64,000 bases of DNA from a candidate division WOR-3 bacterium (GCA_039802605.1 JBDRWW010000006.1:32001-96000), one strand, 5' to 3'. Counted from the stretch's first letter, positions 48,101-58,925 are shown. Numbers and translations: made by a program. The notes: generated by a model from the sequence alone, not told the origin.

Positions 48101-49245
48101 CCTTCATAGTCATTTCTCTGGGTTTTTTCACGCTCGGTAGGGGAGTGGTTAATGTCCTCGATTTAACCCTTGTTATAATTTCCTTAATAACAATTGCGCG
48201 AAAGCCCCAGGTTGTAAGGGATATTCTGGGAAAAAATAGGGTATATTTTTTACTTTCGGGAGCGGTTATTTTATCCGTGATATTATCGGGGATTTATGCC
48301 TTAAATAAATGGGAGGTTTTTAAGAATTTTATACAATTTTCGGCTTACCTATTTTTGACACCTATTGCCTTAACTTCGGGGTTTGATCTCAAAAAACATT
48401 TGAGGATAACATTCTTAATCCTTTCCCCATTTGTGCTAATGTATTCCTTATTGTTCTTTTGCACACCAAAGCCCGTTAGACTAACACTCTCCGATATACA
48501 TCCCAACGCCTTGGGATATATTTTTGCCCTTTTATCGGTTTTGAATGTTGAAAACCCTTTACTCTATACAACCTTTGCCTTTCTAACCTCCCTAACATTC
48601 TCAAGGGCATCGATGTTGTCCCTGTTTTTGGCAACTTTAATATTTGCGGTTTTTAAAAGGGAAAAGAGATTTTTGATTTTTTCCGCTATTCCTCTGTTTT
48701 TTATGGTGATTATGTCCCAATTGATTTCCCTTTATAAGGAATCCCAATTATGCCGTCTTGTGCAAAGCACCATAATTTTACAAAAAATCGAAAGTTCAGT
48801 GCCCGTGGATATAAGGCTTGTTAGGATTTATGACTTTGATAGGATAAGGATATGGGAATCGGCCTTAAAAATGTTTTTAAAAAGTCCCATTTTCGGTGTG
48901 GGTTCTGGCAATTTCAACCTTTGGGCCAAAGATATGTGCGATAAGGGGGAATTAAATAAGGCTCAGTGTTATGCATCCTTACCCCAAAAGGATGCCCATA
49001 ATATGTTTATCGGGTTTTTGGCGGAAACGGGAATGCTTGGATTTTTATCAATATTATCGCTACTCGGTTTTATATTTGTAAAGTTGTTGAGTATTAAAGA
49101 TTCGGAAGGTTTGGTGGTTTTTATACTTTCCATTTTTATAAGTTTTCTACACCCACCGGTATTTTTTACGAGGTATATGGGGATTTTGGTGTGGTATATC
49201 CTGCTCGGTAAAGTTTTAAATTACACCGAAAGAATAATTCCATAA
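48058..49245 (+). CDS. O-antigen ligase (Wzy_C/WaaL) family membrane protein
   Basis: HPN, TFSRA, RIRIW...PIFGVGSGNF, AHNMF...AETG. Confidence 0.88.
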   Translation: MDKVFTFRTFVYILAFIVISLGFFTLGRGVVNVLDLTLVIISLITIARKPQVVRDILGKNRVYFLLSGAVILSVILSGIYALNKWEVFKNFIQFSAYLFLTPIALTSGFDLKKHLRITFLILSPFVLMYSLLFFCTPKPVRLTLSDIHPNALGYIFALLSVLNVENPLLYTTFAFLTSLTFSRASMLSLFLATLIFAVFKREKRFLIFSAIPLFFMVIMSQLISLYKESQLCRLVQSTIILQKIESSVPVDIRLVRIYDFDRIRIWESALKMFLKSPIFGVGSGNFNLWAKDMCDKGELNKAQCYASLPQKDAHNMFIGFLAETGMLGFLSILSLLGFIFVKLLSIKDSEGLVVFILSIFISFLHPPVFFTRYMGILVWYILLGKVLNYTERIIP

Positions 49246-50136
49246 TGCCGATAAATACAAAATCCTTTCATACGTATATCTCTTGAAACCCACTTCAACA
49301 TCCCTTAACGAAAACAGTATTCTCTTAAAGTTTTCCCAATCACCGAAATCATAATAGTATTCCTTGGCCTTTGCATAACCTATCCTCAAAAAATAACCCT
49401 TCCATTTTTCAAAGAGGTTAAGCCCCAGTTCAATGACGGAATTATCCTTAAAGTTTATTACCCTTTCCCAAACCTCAACGGCTTTATGAAAATCCTCCCC
49501 CATCCTCAAAAATCCCTTGGCTATCCCCGGACTACCCTCTGAAACTCTATAAAGGAATTCGCTTTCTTCCCCTACAACCTTTATAAAATCCCCATAACTT
49601 AGTGGTGAAAACCTTATATGCAATGCCCTTGATTTAACCGTTGGTAAAACATATGTTGGCTTTGAAGATATCAGGATGAAGATCGTGCTTTTGCTACCCT
49701 CTTCCAAAACCTTTAAAAGGGCGTTTTGGCTTTCCAAATTGGCATTTTCTATGTTCATGATTATTACAACCCTCTTTTCGAATTCAAAAGGGGGTTTTTG
49801 CAACTCGCTTTGTAAGCTTCTAACCTGTGAAATCTTTATTGTGCTCTCCGATTCGTAGAAGTCGTCGGGTCTGGGTTTAAAGGGTTCCCCTTCTTTACCC
49901 GAAAGGATAAACAGGTCAGGGGATCTTAATCCCCCAAACCTCTTACACCCATAACATTCACCACAGGGTTTTTCTTCACCTTTGCACACCAAAACCTGCG
50001 AAAACTCCAATGCCAATGTGGCTTTTCCCACCCCAGGAGGTCCAACAAACATAAGGGTGTGTATGTCGTGGTTTAATATCTTTTTAAGCATTTCCTTTGC
50101 AACAATTTGTCCTAAGGTTCTCCTAAAAACCACCAT
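49216..50136 (-). CDS. holB: DNA polymerase III subunit delta'
   Basis: GPPGVGK, C..PCGECYGC, NALLKVLEE, TVKSR. Confidence 0.88.
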   Translation of the reverse strand: MVVFRRTLGQIVAKEMLKKILNHDIHTLMFVGPPGVGKATLALEFSQVLVCKGEEKPCGECYGCKRFGGLRSPDLFILSGKEGEPFKPRPDDFYESESTIKISQVRSLQSELQKPPFEFEKRVVIIMNIENANLESQNALLKVLEEGSKSTIFILISSKPTYVLPTVKSRALHIRFSPLSYGDFIKVVGEESEFLYRVSEGSPGIAKGFLRMGEDFHKAVEVWERVINFKDNSVIELGLNLFEKWKGYFLRIGYAKAKEYYYDFGDWENFKRILFSLRDVEVGFKRYTYERILYLSALWNYSFGVI

Positions 50137-50137
50137 A

Positions 50138-52936
50138 TCAGAAGTCCCAACCAAATGATATGTTCAATACTGGGCTATAAATACCCTCGTTATTAAATGG
50201 AAATGCCCAATCAAGCCTTATCGGAATGTAAAACACGTTGAACCTAATTCCAAAACCCACATCCGCAAAAACATTATAATCCTTTCCAAAAAGATGTAAA
50301 ACCATAGGGTATAGTCTCTCGTAATTTTCCTTTAAAACCTCATCGTTACTGAACCAGGCATTCCCAACATCCAAAAAGGCTAAGGCTCTCAAATTCCGGA
50401 TTTCTAAGGGTAAAAATCCAAATTTAAGCCTATCTATAAACGGAAATCTTATCTCGGATGTATATTGCACATAATTATTACCTATCAATGCCCTTACCAG
50501 TTTATCCTTATCGTAAAAGAAGTAGTATAGGTCATATCCCCTCAAACCGTAAGGCCCTCCCGCCGTATATACATTCCCGTTCTTTCCAAAGCTTTTAGCC
50601 CCTATAAAGAGGTTTGCCCATGTGGTTCTTGTTCCTATACTTCTAAAAAACATTCCCACAAATTGTATCCACCTGTTTTCCACCTGTGATAAGGGTAGGG
50701 ATGAAGAGGCTGTAAATAGCCACCTTATACCATCCGTTGAACCGTATTGGCTTAAAAGTACATCGTCATACACAAAGGATAAAAATCCCTCATATCCTTT
50801 GGGATATTCAAACTTTGGATATATACAGAATAAACTCGTCGTTATCCCGCAATAATATTCAAAACTGTCTTGGTGGAACTTTATCCAAGTGTTGTAATAA
50901 GATGATATTCCGGATTCCAACCTGAAAAACCTATTGAAGGGATAAGCGCCAAAAACATCCAAACCAAACCTCTTTTCTATCACAAAATAAGGCTGGTAAT
51001 ACCTATAAAAGTACAACTGATAAAAGTTTAAACCCTTGTCAAGCCTCCCCTTAAAGTTGTAATAGTTTATCATAAACTCCGAGTTTTCAATGTATTGCGA
51101 CTGGCCGAGTAGCTGCAATATTATCCAGTTATCCCCAGGAATATCCGAAAACATCATAATAAGGGAACCCACGGTTCCATAAAAACTTGAATAGGAAAAC
51201 CCGCCATAAGCGAAATCCAACCCTAGGGTGAATCCCAAGGGTTCCTTCACCATTTGTACATCTTCGTCTTTCCTTACAATTATACCTTCTTCCCCTTTAA
51301 GTTCAACAACCAACTTTTCCTTCGGGAATTCCGTTGATAGGAATACATCCCAACCCCCCTCCCAAAGCATACTCATAACCCACCTTCCATTTTCGGCAAC
51401 ATCGTAATCCTGTATTTCCGAAAAGTAATTCGTTAAAATATAAGCGCTATCCCCTTTAAGTTTGAATAGATTCGCCGAACCCTTGTATTCGGATATAAAC
51501 ACTATGCCATCCCCTATCCTCTTGGGCTTTTTCAGAAACCTCATATATCCAAAAACCCTTTCCCTTTTACCCGTTAAGGTCATTTTGAATATGGCATAAC
51601 TTCCGATTTCACCCTTTTCGTTCCTATCGCTAACGAATACAATAGTGCTATCATCATACCAAGAGGGGTCGTTATCCGAGAATTCATCGTTTGTTAGGTT
51701 CCTTAGGGTTTTGTTTTCCAAATCTAACAAATAAATATCCGGTACCCCATCCTTATAACCCACAAAAACGAACCTCTTTCCATCCGGGGAAATCTCACCT
51801 CCATGCGCGCCATCCAGCCCCCTTAATTCGTATTTTGCTATTCTTTTAAACCTCTTTAAGTCGTAAATGCTCAAAATATCGCTAAAAGTCCCCTGCGATA
51901 TTACCGCCAACTTTTTATCGGAAGATATGCTTAAAGATGGTTTTAAAACATGAAGGTTTTCGAAATCGGGTGTCCTTTCGCCTTCTTGGAGTAATTTAAG
52001 CTCCCTAGTAGCCAAATTTAAAACCCATATCCCCATTCTACCCCTTCTATCCGATATGAAGGCCACCAATGAGCCATCCGGAGAAATTGAAGCCCCAACA
52101 TTCATATAAGAGTTGTCCTTTCTACGGCTTAACCTTTTTATATCACGGGGAAAGTCATACTCCCCCAAAACCCTCATAACCTTCGATTTTATATACATTG
52201 AGAACTCTTCGGATATTTCATCGGGGTCTTTACCCGTAATACTTTTCAAGGCCCTTTCTATATTTCCCGACATACCCATCCTTATGAAATCCCTAACAGC
52301 CCTCTCACCATATACATCCTCCAAGAACTTAAAAAAGGCCTGTCCGTATCTGTAAGATATATACCCATAATAATAGCCCATTTCCTCTAAGCTCGGAAGC
52401 CTCAGGTTTACAACCAGGTCCCTCATATAAACTTCCGTTCTTAAATCCCATTTCTGCGCTATGTATTCCGCCATACCTTCTATGAACCACTGAGGCGGTT
52501 GGGAATAGGGGATTAAACCGGTTAATCCCCTTGAATATCCAAATTGTAATGCATGTACCAACTCGTGCCTTAAAACATGTCTAAACTCGTAATAATCCCC
52601 TGCAAAGGGAACCACCACCCTCCTCTTAAATCCCTCTGTAAATCCCCCTACGCCTTCGGGAACTATATAAGGTGATACATTTGTCTGTTGAAAATCCTTG
52701 GGGGAAATATATATTATTACCGGGATCTTTTCCCCCTCTTTTAATGCCCCCGGAAGGTAATCCTTAAATTCTTTGTAGGCTTCCTCCAAAACATATACAG
52801 AAAATTCCGCAAGTTTTTCCCCACCCTGATAATGATAAACCTTAAAATGCTCGCTATCCAAAACCTTCCACTTTAAATCCTTATAATCCACCTTGTTTTG
52901 ACCAAAAGACCACTGCGAAAGTAAAAACAGTACCAC
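50138..52936 (-). CDS. Omp85/BamA-family barrel fused to gluzincin peptidase and PD40 propeller
   Basis: FGQNKV, HELVH...EGMAEY, SPDG repeats, LRGY, FLDVGNAW, GFGIRF, C-terminal SFGWDF. Confidence 0.85.
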   Translation of the reverse strand: MVLFLLSQWSFGQNKVDYKDLKWKVLDSEHFKVYHYQGGEKLAEFSVYVLEEAYKEFKDYLPGALKEGEKIPVIIYISPKDFQQTNVSPYIVPEGVGGFTEGFKRRVVVPFAGDYYEFRHVLRHELVHALQFGYSRGLTGLIPYSQPPQWFIEGMAEYIAQKWDLRTEVYMRDLVVNLRLPSLEEMGYYYGYISYRYGQAFFKFLEDVYGERAVRDFIRMGMSGNIERALKSITGKDPDEISEEFSMYIKSKVMRVLGEYDFPRDIKRLSRRKDNSYMNVGASISPDGSLVAFISDRRGRMGIWVLNLATRELKLLQEGERTPDFENLHVLKPSLSISSDKKLAVISQGTFSDILSIYDLKRFKRIAKYELRGLDGAHGGEISPDGKRFVFVGYKDGVPDIYLLDLENKTLRNLTNDEFSDNDPSWYDDSTIVFVSDRNEKGEIGSYAIFKMTLTGKRERVFGYMRFLKKPKRIGDGIVFISEYKGSANLFKLKGDSAYILTNYFSEIQDYDVAENGRWVMSMLWEGGWDVFLSTEFPKEKLVVELKGEEGIIVRKDEDVQMVKEPLGFTLGLDFAYGGFSYSSFYGTVGSLIMMFSDIPGDNWIILQLLGQSQYIENSEFMINYYNFKGRLDKGLNFYQLYFYRYYQPYFVIEKRFGLDVFGAYPFNRFFRLESGISSYYNTWIKFHQDSFEYYCGITTSLFCIYPKFEYPKGYEGFLSFVYDDVLLSQYGSTDGIRWLFTASSSLPLSQVENRWIQFVGMFFRSIGTRTTWANLFIGAKSFGKNGNVYTAGGPYGLRGYDLYYFFYDKDKLVRALIGNNYVQYTSEIRFPFIDRLKFGFLPLEIRNLRALAFLDVGNAWFSNDEVLKENYERLYPMVLHLFGKDYNVFADVGFGIRFNVFYIPIRLDWAFPFNNEGIYSPVLNISFGWDF

Positions 52937-52937
52937 T

Positions 52938-53561
52938 TTATCCCCTTTTCTTCGACTTTAACCTCTTTAAACGGAATTTATCCTCCCTCTCCCTATCTTC
53001 CAGAACCTGCCTTATAAACTTCATTTCTGCCTGCAATTGGGGTATAACCCTCTGTTCAAGCGTATTAACCCTACGGGAGGTTTTCCTGATCTCGTTTCCC
53101 AATTTTTTCAATTTTGCTTCCAAAGGTACGAGTTCAAAAATCTTTTCAATCAACCTTTCATAAACGGATGCGGTTAAATCTATCCTCGCGGTTATGCTTA
53201 TGGTTGAATATCCCCTCTCTTGTGGTTTTTTTATAAGGTTTTCGGGTTTTAAATCCGGTATTTTAACACCCCAAACCTTTATCTCGGATTTTTTTACCGT
53301 TAATTTCTTGCTTAGGGATAAAGACGCCGACCTAAGGGCTTCCGGTCCATCGTATCCCAAGGCTACGGATAAAATTGCTACCGCCTTTCTGGCCTGTTTA
53401 TCTATCTCCCTATGGGTTTCAACGATTGGAACAAGCAACTTTTGGAATTCCCTCATCAAGGCATCCCTTTTTTTCCTCAAAAGTTCCGCACCCTGTTTTG
53501 CTATAACCAACTGCCTTTTCCTCGCCAATAGGTTCATCCTCGTGGGACTAACCCTTTGCAT
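52938..53561 (-). CDS. ntpD: V/A-type ATP synthase subunit D
   Basis: PTRMNL, LLRKKRDAL, EIRKTSRRVNTLE, LEDRERE. Confidence 0.93.
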   Translation of the reverse strand: MQRVSPTRMNLLARKRQLVIAKQGAELLRKKRDALMREFQKLLVPIVETHREIDKQARKAVAILSVALGYDGPEALRSASLSLSKKLTVKKSEIKVWGVKIPDLKPENLIKKPQERGYSTISITARIDLTASVYERLIEKIFELVPLEAKLKKLGNEIRKTSRRVNTLEQRVIPQLQAEMKFIRQVLEDREREDKFRLKRLKSKKRG

Positions 53562-53564
53562 AAG

Positions 53565-54203
53565 TTAAGTATTATAAGGTTGTGATTGAATATACCCACA
53601 CTTGCCCCTCAAAGGACAAGCCTCACACAATGGCCTTTTCTTGCAATACCTTTTACCCAACTCATCCAGAAGGGCATGCATTTCCCTTAAGTAAAACAAA
53701 TCATCGGATATGTGCAGATGCCTTTTTAATGTTTTGTTATCAACCCTTAAACCGAAAAACCTCTCAAACCACCTTTTTGTGTATTCATCAACGATAAAAA
53801 CGGGCTCGTTATAAGCATAAAGCAATATAACATCCGCGGTTTCCTCGCCTATACCGTAAACATTTAGCAAATCTTCCCTTTTAGGTTTTTTGTTCTGTAC
53901 GACTTTATAAACTTCCCTAAGGGTCCTTATTTTTCTCTTAACAAACGCCGCAGGTTTTAAGACTCTGTAAGCCTCCTCGTCTTTAAGTTTAACCAATTTT
54001 TCAATTGATTTTATGCCCCTTCTCTCCAAGTTCATTAATGCCTTTTCAACATTTTTCCAGCTTACGTTTTGCGTTAATATAGCGCCTATTATTATTTCAT
54101 CCAAAAAGTCCCCATCTTTCCAGATCCTAGGCCACCACTTTTGCCTTCCGAATTTGCACAACAACTTTAAGAATACCCATTCAACCTTTTCCTCACTAAC
54201 CAT
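53565..54203 (-). CDS. endonuclease III-related HhH-GPD glycosylase
   Basis: GAILTQN, GIGEETADVILLY, VDEYTKR, C..PLCEACPL...C Fe-S motif. Confidence 0.9.
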   Translation of the reverse strand: MVSEEKVEWVFLKLLCKFGRQKWWPRIWKDGDFLDEIIIGAILTQNVSWKNVEKALMNLERRGIKSIEKLVKLKDEEAYRVLKPAAFVKRKIRTLREVYKVVQNKKPKREDLLNVYGIGEETADVILLYAYNEPVFIVDEYTKRWFERFFGLRVDNKTLKRHLHISDDLFYLREMHALLDELGKRYCKKRPLCEACPLRGKCGYIQSQPYNT

Positions 54204-55630
54204 AAAGCAACACTTATCAAAACCGACAAATAAGGAAAAATATAACCAAAGGATACGAACGGAGTGCGGTGGTTGTACAAACCAACATCCGCCACAATCC
54301 TCCCCCTTACATATAAGGGCAAAGAGTCCAGAACCTTACCCTCGGGTGTTATTATCGCCGATATGCCCGTTTTAGCCGCCCTTATTATATACCTTCCGGT
54401 TTCAACGGCCCTTGGAATACCCAAATGGAAGTGTTCAACGGGTCCAATACTTTTGCCAAACCACCCATCACTCGTTATAATAACCAAAACATTCGCACCG
54501 TTATCGGCCAATTTTTTACCTATACCGCTGAATATTGATTCGTAGCATATCATAACGCCGAGTTTATGCTCTTTAAATTGTATAGGATAAAATCCCCTTC
54601 CCCTTTGATAGTTTCCCTGCCCCAATTCAACATTCCTTATAAATTCCGGCAATATCTCGTAAAAGGGTAAGTTTTCCCCAAAAGGAACAAGCCTAACCTT
54701 ATCGTAAAATCCTATAATTTTATTATCGGTATCTACCAAAAGCGCCCTGTTAAAGAACGAATATTCCTTTTCCCCCTTTTCCACACCCGCGGTTCCAAAC
54801 AACAATGGGGAATTTGTTCTACTGACAATTTCATAAACTATTTTTTTGGAATTTTCGGAAAACTTATAAACACCGGGAAACGCGGATTCCGATGCGACCA
54901 AAAGGTCAATACCCTTTAAACCCTCCGTTATTTCTCTGTATGCCTTAAAGGTTTGTTCCCATTCTTTCGGGTCGTAATCCAACCTTGGTAAAATGTTAGG
55001 CTGTAAAATCGCCACTTTTATGGTATCGTAGGGTTTTGGAATCCTATAAGCGAAGTTCCATATCAAACCCAACAGTAAAATCAACGAGGCCAACCTCCAC
55101 CTCTTAATCCCTATAAATCCCCCCACCAAAACCCCATAAAAGGATAAGAAATAAACACCAAATATTGATGCCATCTTCAAAAACGGCGATTTAACGAAAC
55201 TTTCGCCGATTAAAGCCCAAGGATAGGATAAATCCCCTAGGTATTCCCCCCTTATAAACTCCAAAGATGAAAACGCAAAAGCCCCAAATATCACCGAATA
55301 TATCCCCTTAAACCTTGATGTCATCCAACCCCAAAAAGCCCAAATCAAACACAGTATTAAAGCCATAGAAACAACGCCGGCAAACAGCAAAGGCTTTAAA
55401 GCCCTTGGAACATCTAAATTGTAAATCCAAAAGGAGTGGTAAATCCAATACGGCAAACCGATGACAAAGGACATTAAAAAGGGCTTTTTTGTGCTTTTTA
55501 ACAGATAAAACCACAGGGAAAAACCGAGAAAGGGTAGAAGGGGTATAAAAAACGGTGAATTACCAAAGATTAATAATAACGAAACCCCTAACGCCCTTAA
55601 AATATCACTTTTCGGAGAGGATTTCTTCAA
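54167..55630 (-). CDS. lnt: apolipoprotein N-acyltransferase
   Basis: TM N-terminus, QPNI, SESA, YDKVRLVPFGE, ICYES, DGWFG, RAVE. Confidence 0.92.
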   Translation of the reverse strand: MKKSSPKSDILRALGVSLLLIFGNSPFFIPLLPFLGFSLWFYLLKSTKKPFLMSFVIGLPYWIYHSFWIYNLDVPRALKPLLFAGVVSMALILCLIWAFWGWMTSRFKGIYSVIFGAFAFSSLEFIRGEYLGDLSYPWALIGESFVKSPFLKMASIFGVYFLSFYGVLVGGFIGIKRWRLASLILLLGLIWNFAYRIPKPYDTIKVAILQPNILPRLDYDPKEWEQTFKAYREITEGLKGIDLLVASESAFPGVYKFSENSKKIVYEIVSRTNSPLLFGTAGVEKGEKEYSFFNRALLVDTDNKIIGFYDKVRLVPFGENLPFYEILPEFIRNVELGQGNYQRGRGFYPIQFKEHKLGVMICYESIFSGIGKKLADNGANVLVIITSDGWFGKSIGPVEHFHLGIPRAVETGRYIIRAAKTGISAIITPEGKVLDSLPLYVRGRIVADVGLYNHRTPFVSFGYIFPYLSVLISVALWLVRKRLNGYS

Positions 55631-56531
55631 TTTTGACCGTTGGATAAGGTATGAGTTTGTTTGAAATCAAATATTGGTTAAACTTTTGGAAATCCCCTAG
55701 ATCCTCAGGCACTACAAACTTTGGAAGTCTGTTTAACGATAAACCCAAGTGTTTATTGAGGATTTTTTTCGCCTCTTCCGGATTTGAGTTTATATATTCT
55801 ATCGCCTCCTTAATTGACCTCTTAATCCTGTTTATAGCCTCTTTCCTCAGGGATACATTAACCGCAGATGATATTCCCATACCTTGAATGACGGGTATAT
55901 CCGGCGAAAAGATCAAGTTCCTCCCTATAACCCTATACCCTTTCTTTTCCAAATAGGATAATATGGGTTCGTTGGCGTAGATCGCATCAACCCTTCCGTT
56001 ATCCAAAGCGCTTTCCATCTCGTCCAAGGTCAAACCTATAAAATCCACCGCAGTATCACCCAAACTTTTGAGCCTTTCCTCCAAGAGTACATTATACCTC
56101 GTGTTATCATAATATCCTATCCTCTTGCCGCTCAAATTTTTCAAATTTATACTTGTATCCTTAACAACCAAACCATCGCCGTTATCCTTGGAATAGTACA
56201 AAACCCTTAAAGTTTTTAAATCACCGGCATTCTTAAAAACCGAATATGTGTAATCTATTCCAAAGGATGCATACAGGGCACCTTTAAGGGTGTTTTCCAA
56301 TTCGTCTAAGGGCCTGCTAACCTCGTTGGGCTTAAACTTTACCCCGTTTCTTTCAAATATTCCCATATCATAAGCAACCCAATACGGAAGGCTTGAAATA
56401 TCTTCAATTGTTGCTATACTTACCTCTATTTCCTTTGGCTTTTGTCCAGGGCGCGCCAAGATTATTATAAGGATTATCGCAAGGATCACATTTATAACCG
56501 TAATAATTGCGTTTTGGAATCTGTTGGCCAT
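55605..56531 (-). CDS. ABC transporter substrate-binding protein (SsuA/NMT1-like)
   Basis: N-terminal TM, LPYWVA..GIF, L.GKRIG, GRVDA...EP. Confidence 0.8.
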   Translation of the reverse strand: MANRFQNAIITVINVILAIILIIILARPGQKPKEIEVSIATIEDISSLPYWVAYDMGIFERNGVKFKPNEVSRPLDELENTLKGALYASFGIDYTYSVFKNAGDLKTLRVLYYSKDNGDGLVVKDTSINLKNLSGKRIGYYDNTRYNVLLEERLKSLGDTAVDFIGLTLDEMESALDNGRVDAIYANEPILSYLEKKGYRVIGRNLIFSPDIPVIQGMGISSAVNVSLRKEAINRIKRSIKEAIEYINSNPEEAKKILNKHLGLSLNRLPKFVVPEDLGDFQKFNQYLISNKLIPYPTVKIEEILSEK

Positions 56532-56618
56532 AGGTGGGTATTGTAAGGTTGAAACAACGATAAAAAGTTGCAAACAATTTGTTCATTTTAACAATCAACC
56601 TCTATAAAATATCCGGTT

Positions 56619-57746
56619 ATGAACGAGGTAAAGTTTTCAAAAGGCTTAGAGGGTATTCCCGCTGCGGAAACGGTTTTAACATACATAGACGGGCAAGAGG
56701 GTAAGCTGTATTATCTTGGAATTCCCATTGAGGAATGGGCGGAAAAATCCACATATGAAGAAGTGGCATTATCCCTATTGCTGAGGAGGTTGCCAACAAA
56801 GGGTGAGTTAATGCTTTTTGATTCCGCCCTGAGGAATTCAAGGGACTTACCCGAAGAGGTAATAGATTTCATATACGATTTGCCCCCGGAAACGCATCCA
56901 ATGGCCGCCCTTAGAACGGTTGTATCTTTGCTGGAATCCTATGATGAGGATGCAAAGGGAGGCGACCTTGAATCGAAGTTTAGAATTTCAATAAAACTTA
57001 TAGCAAAGTTCCCCACAATTGTGGCGTATTTTGATAGGATTAGGAAGGGGCTTGAAATCGTGAGACCTAATCCCTCCTTAAACCATGCCGCAAACTTTTT
57101 ATACATGCTAAGAGGTGAAAAACCTTCCGAATACGAGACAAGGGTTATGGATATCGCCTTAATACTCCACGCGGATCATGAAATGAACGCATCAACGTTT
57201 ACATCCATGGTTATAGCATCAACCCTATCAGACATGTATTCGGCCATTACCGGTGGTGTAGGTGCCTTAAAGGGACCCCTACACGGTGGGGCAAACGAGG
57301 AGGTTTTAAAGATGTTTGAAGAGATAGGTTCGGAAGACAATGTTCAAAATTACATAGAAAACGCCTTATCCCAGAAGAAAAAGATAATGGGATTTGGGCA
57401 TAGGGTTTATAAGGCATACGATCCTAGGGCAAAAATCTTAAAGAGAATAGCCGAGAGCCTTTCAATGAACAGCAAATACTACAAGATAGCCGTTAAGGTT
57501 GAAGAATATATGATGCAAAAGGTTGCACAAAAGGGCATATTCCCGAATGTTGATTTCTATTCGGGTATCGTTTATAACGCCCTCGGTATAAGTTCCGATC
57601 TCTTTACACCCATATTTGCCATAAGTAGGGTTGCGGGTTGGTGTGCCCATATCCTTGAATACTTGGAGGATAACCGGATATTTAGGCCCTCCGTTGTATA
57701 TAAAGGTGAACTTGATAAGCCGTACATACCCATAGATCAGCGCTAA
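56619..57746 (+). CDS. gltA: citrate synthase
   Basis: HADHEMNAST, GPLHGGAN, GFGHRVY, PNVDFYSG. Confidence 0.93.
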   Translation: MNEVKFSKGLEGIPAAETVLTYIDGQEGKLYYLGIPIEEWAEKSTYEEVALSLLLRRLPTKGELMLFDSALRNSRDLPEEVIDFIYDLPPETHPMAALRTVVSLLESYDEDAKGGDLESKFRISIKLIAKFPTIVAYFDRIRKGLEIVRPNPSLNHAANFLYMLRGEKPSEYETRVMDIALILHADHEMNASTFTSMVIASTLSDMYSAITGGVGALKGPLHGGANEEVLKMFEEIGSEDNVQNYIENALSQKKKIMGFGHRVYKAYDPRAKILKRIAESLSMNSKYYKIAVKVEEYMMQKVAQKGIFPNVDFYSGIVYNALGISSDLFTPIFAISRVAGWCAHILEYLEDNRIFRPSVVYKGELDKPYIPIDQR

Positions 57747-58925
57747 TTGAGGGTTTTACACATAATTACCGCATGCCCCTATGATGATGAGGAAGGGGAT
57801 GTTTTAACCCCTTGGCTTTGGAGGGTTTTAGAGGAGTTAGGCAATAGGGGTGTAAAGGTAGATTTGCTTTGTCCAACTTATAAAGGGAAAAGGGGTGAAT
57901 ATTTTAGGGGTTTTTATGTCCATAGGTATCGTTATTGTATTTCCAAATGGGAGATTTTGGGTTATAAGACCGCCATTCCAGAAATTCTAAAAACCAACAA
58001 ATTGGCCTACGCTTTAATACCCTTCTATATCTTATCCGGCCTTTTGAAATCCTTTATACTTTCCGGTACGGAAAACTACGATGTTGTGCATGTGCATTGG
58101 CCTTTTCCCTTGGCCGTTCCATCTCTGCCCTTTAAAATGAGGGGAATACCCGTTGTTCATTCGTACTACACCGCTGAGATAAAGCTAATTGAAAACCTCG
58201 GTCCCTTAGGGAAGTTTCTCAGGTTGCTTTCAAATACCGCCGATGTAAAAACCGCAATTTCAACATATGTAAAGGATTTGCTCGGTTATGAAGATGTTAT
58301 AATTATACCCTATGCGGCAGCCTTAGATATTAGGGAATTCCATCCACCCAAGGAAAAACCGGAAAAACCCGTTATACTATTTGTCGGCAGACTTGTTGAA
58401 AGGAAGGGGGTTAGATACCTAATAGAAGCCACCAAAATTTTAAGGGGAAAGGGTGTTAATGCATCCCTTCATATAGTGGGGGATGGGCCTTTGAGAAAAG
58501 AACTTGAAGAATTGAGCAAAGGTTTGGGTTTGGAAGATGTGGTTTTATTTAAGGGGAAAATTGGGAGCCAGGAGTTGATAAATGAATACGAGAACTCAAA
58601 CATCTTCGTTTTGCCTTCCATAATTGATTCAAGGGGAGACACGGAGGGTTTGGGGGTTGTTTTGATAGAGGCTTTAACATTTGGATTACCCGTAATAGCC
58701 AGTAGGGTTGGGGGTATTCCGGATATAATAATTGACAAAGAAACCGGCCTTTTGGTGAATGAGAAGGACCCCGTAAGTTTGGCATCGGCCATAGAATACC
58801 TGCTTTTAAACTGGGAGGAGGCCAAGAAAATGGTTATTATGGGGCAAAGGAGGGTAAAGGATAAGTTTTCCCCCGAGATTATAGCGGATAAAATTCTGGA
58901 AATTTATAGGGGTTTAAAAAGTTGA
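57747..58925 (+). CDS. glycosyltransferase family 4
   Basis: FVGRLVERKG, EGLGVVLIEA, VGGIPD. Confidence 0.92.
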   Translation: MRVLHIITACPYDDEEGDVLTPWLWRVLEELGNRGVKVDLLCPTYKGKRGEYFRGFYVHRYRYCISKWEILGYKTAIPEILKTNKLAYALIPFYILSGLLKSFILSGTENYDVVHVHWPFPLAVPSLPFKMRGIPVVHSYYTAEIKLIENLGPLGKFLRLLSNTADVKTAISTYVKDLLGYEDVIIIPYAAALDIREFHPPKEKPEKPVILFVGRLVERKGVRYLIEATKILRGKGVNASLHIVGDGPLRKELEELSKGLGLEDVVLFKGKIGSQELINEYENSNIFVLPSIIDSRGDTEGLGVVLIEALTFGLPVIASRVGGIPDIIIDKETGLLVNEKDPVSLASAIEYLLLNWEEAKKMVIMGQRRVKDKFSPEIIADKILEIYRGLKS

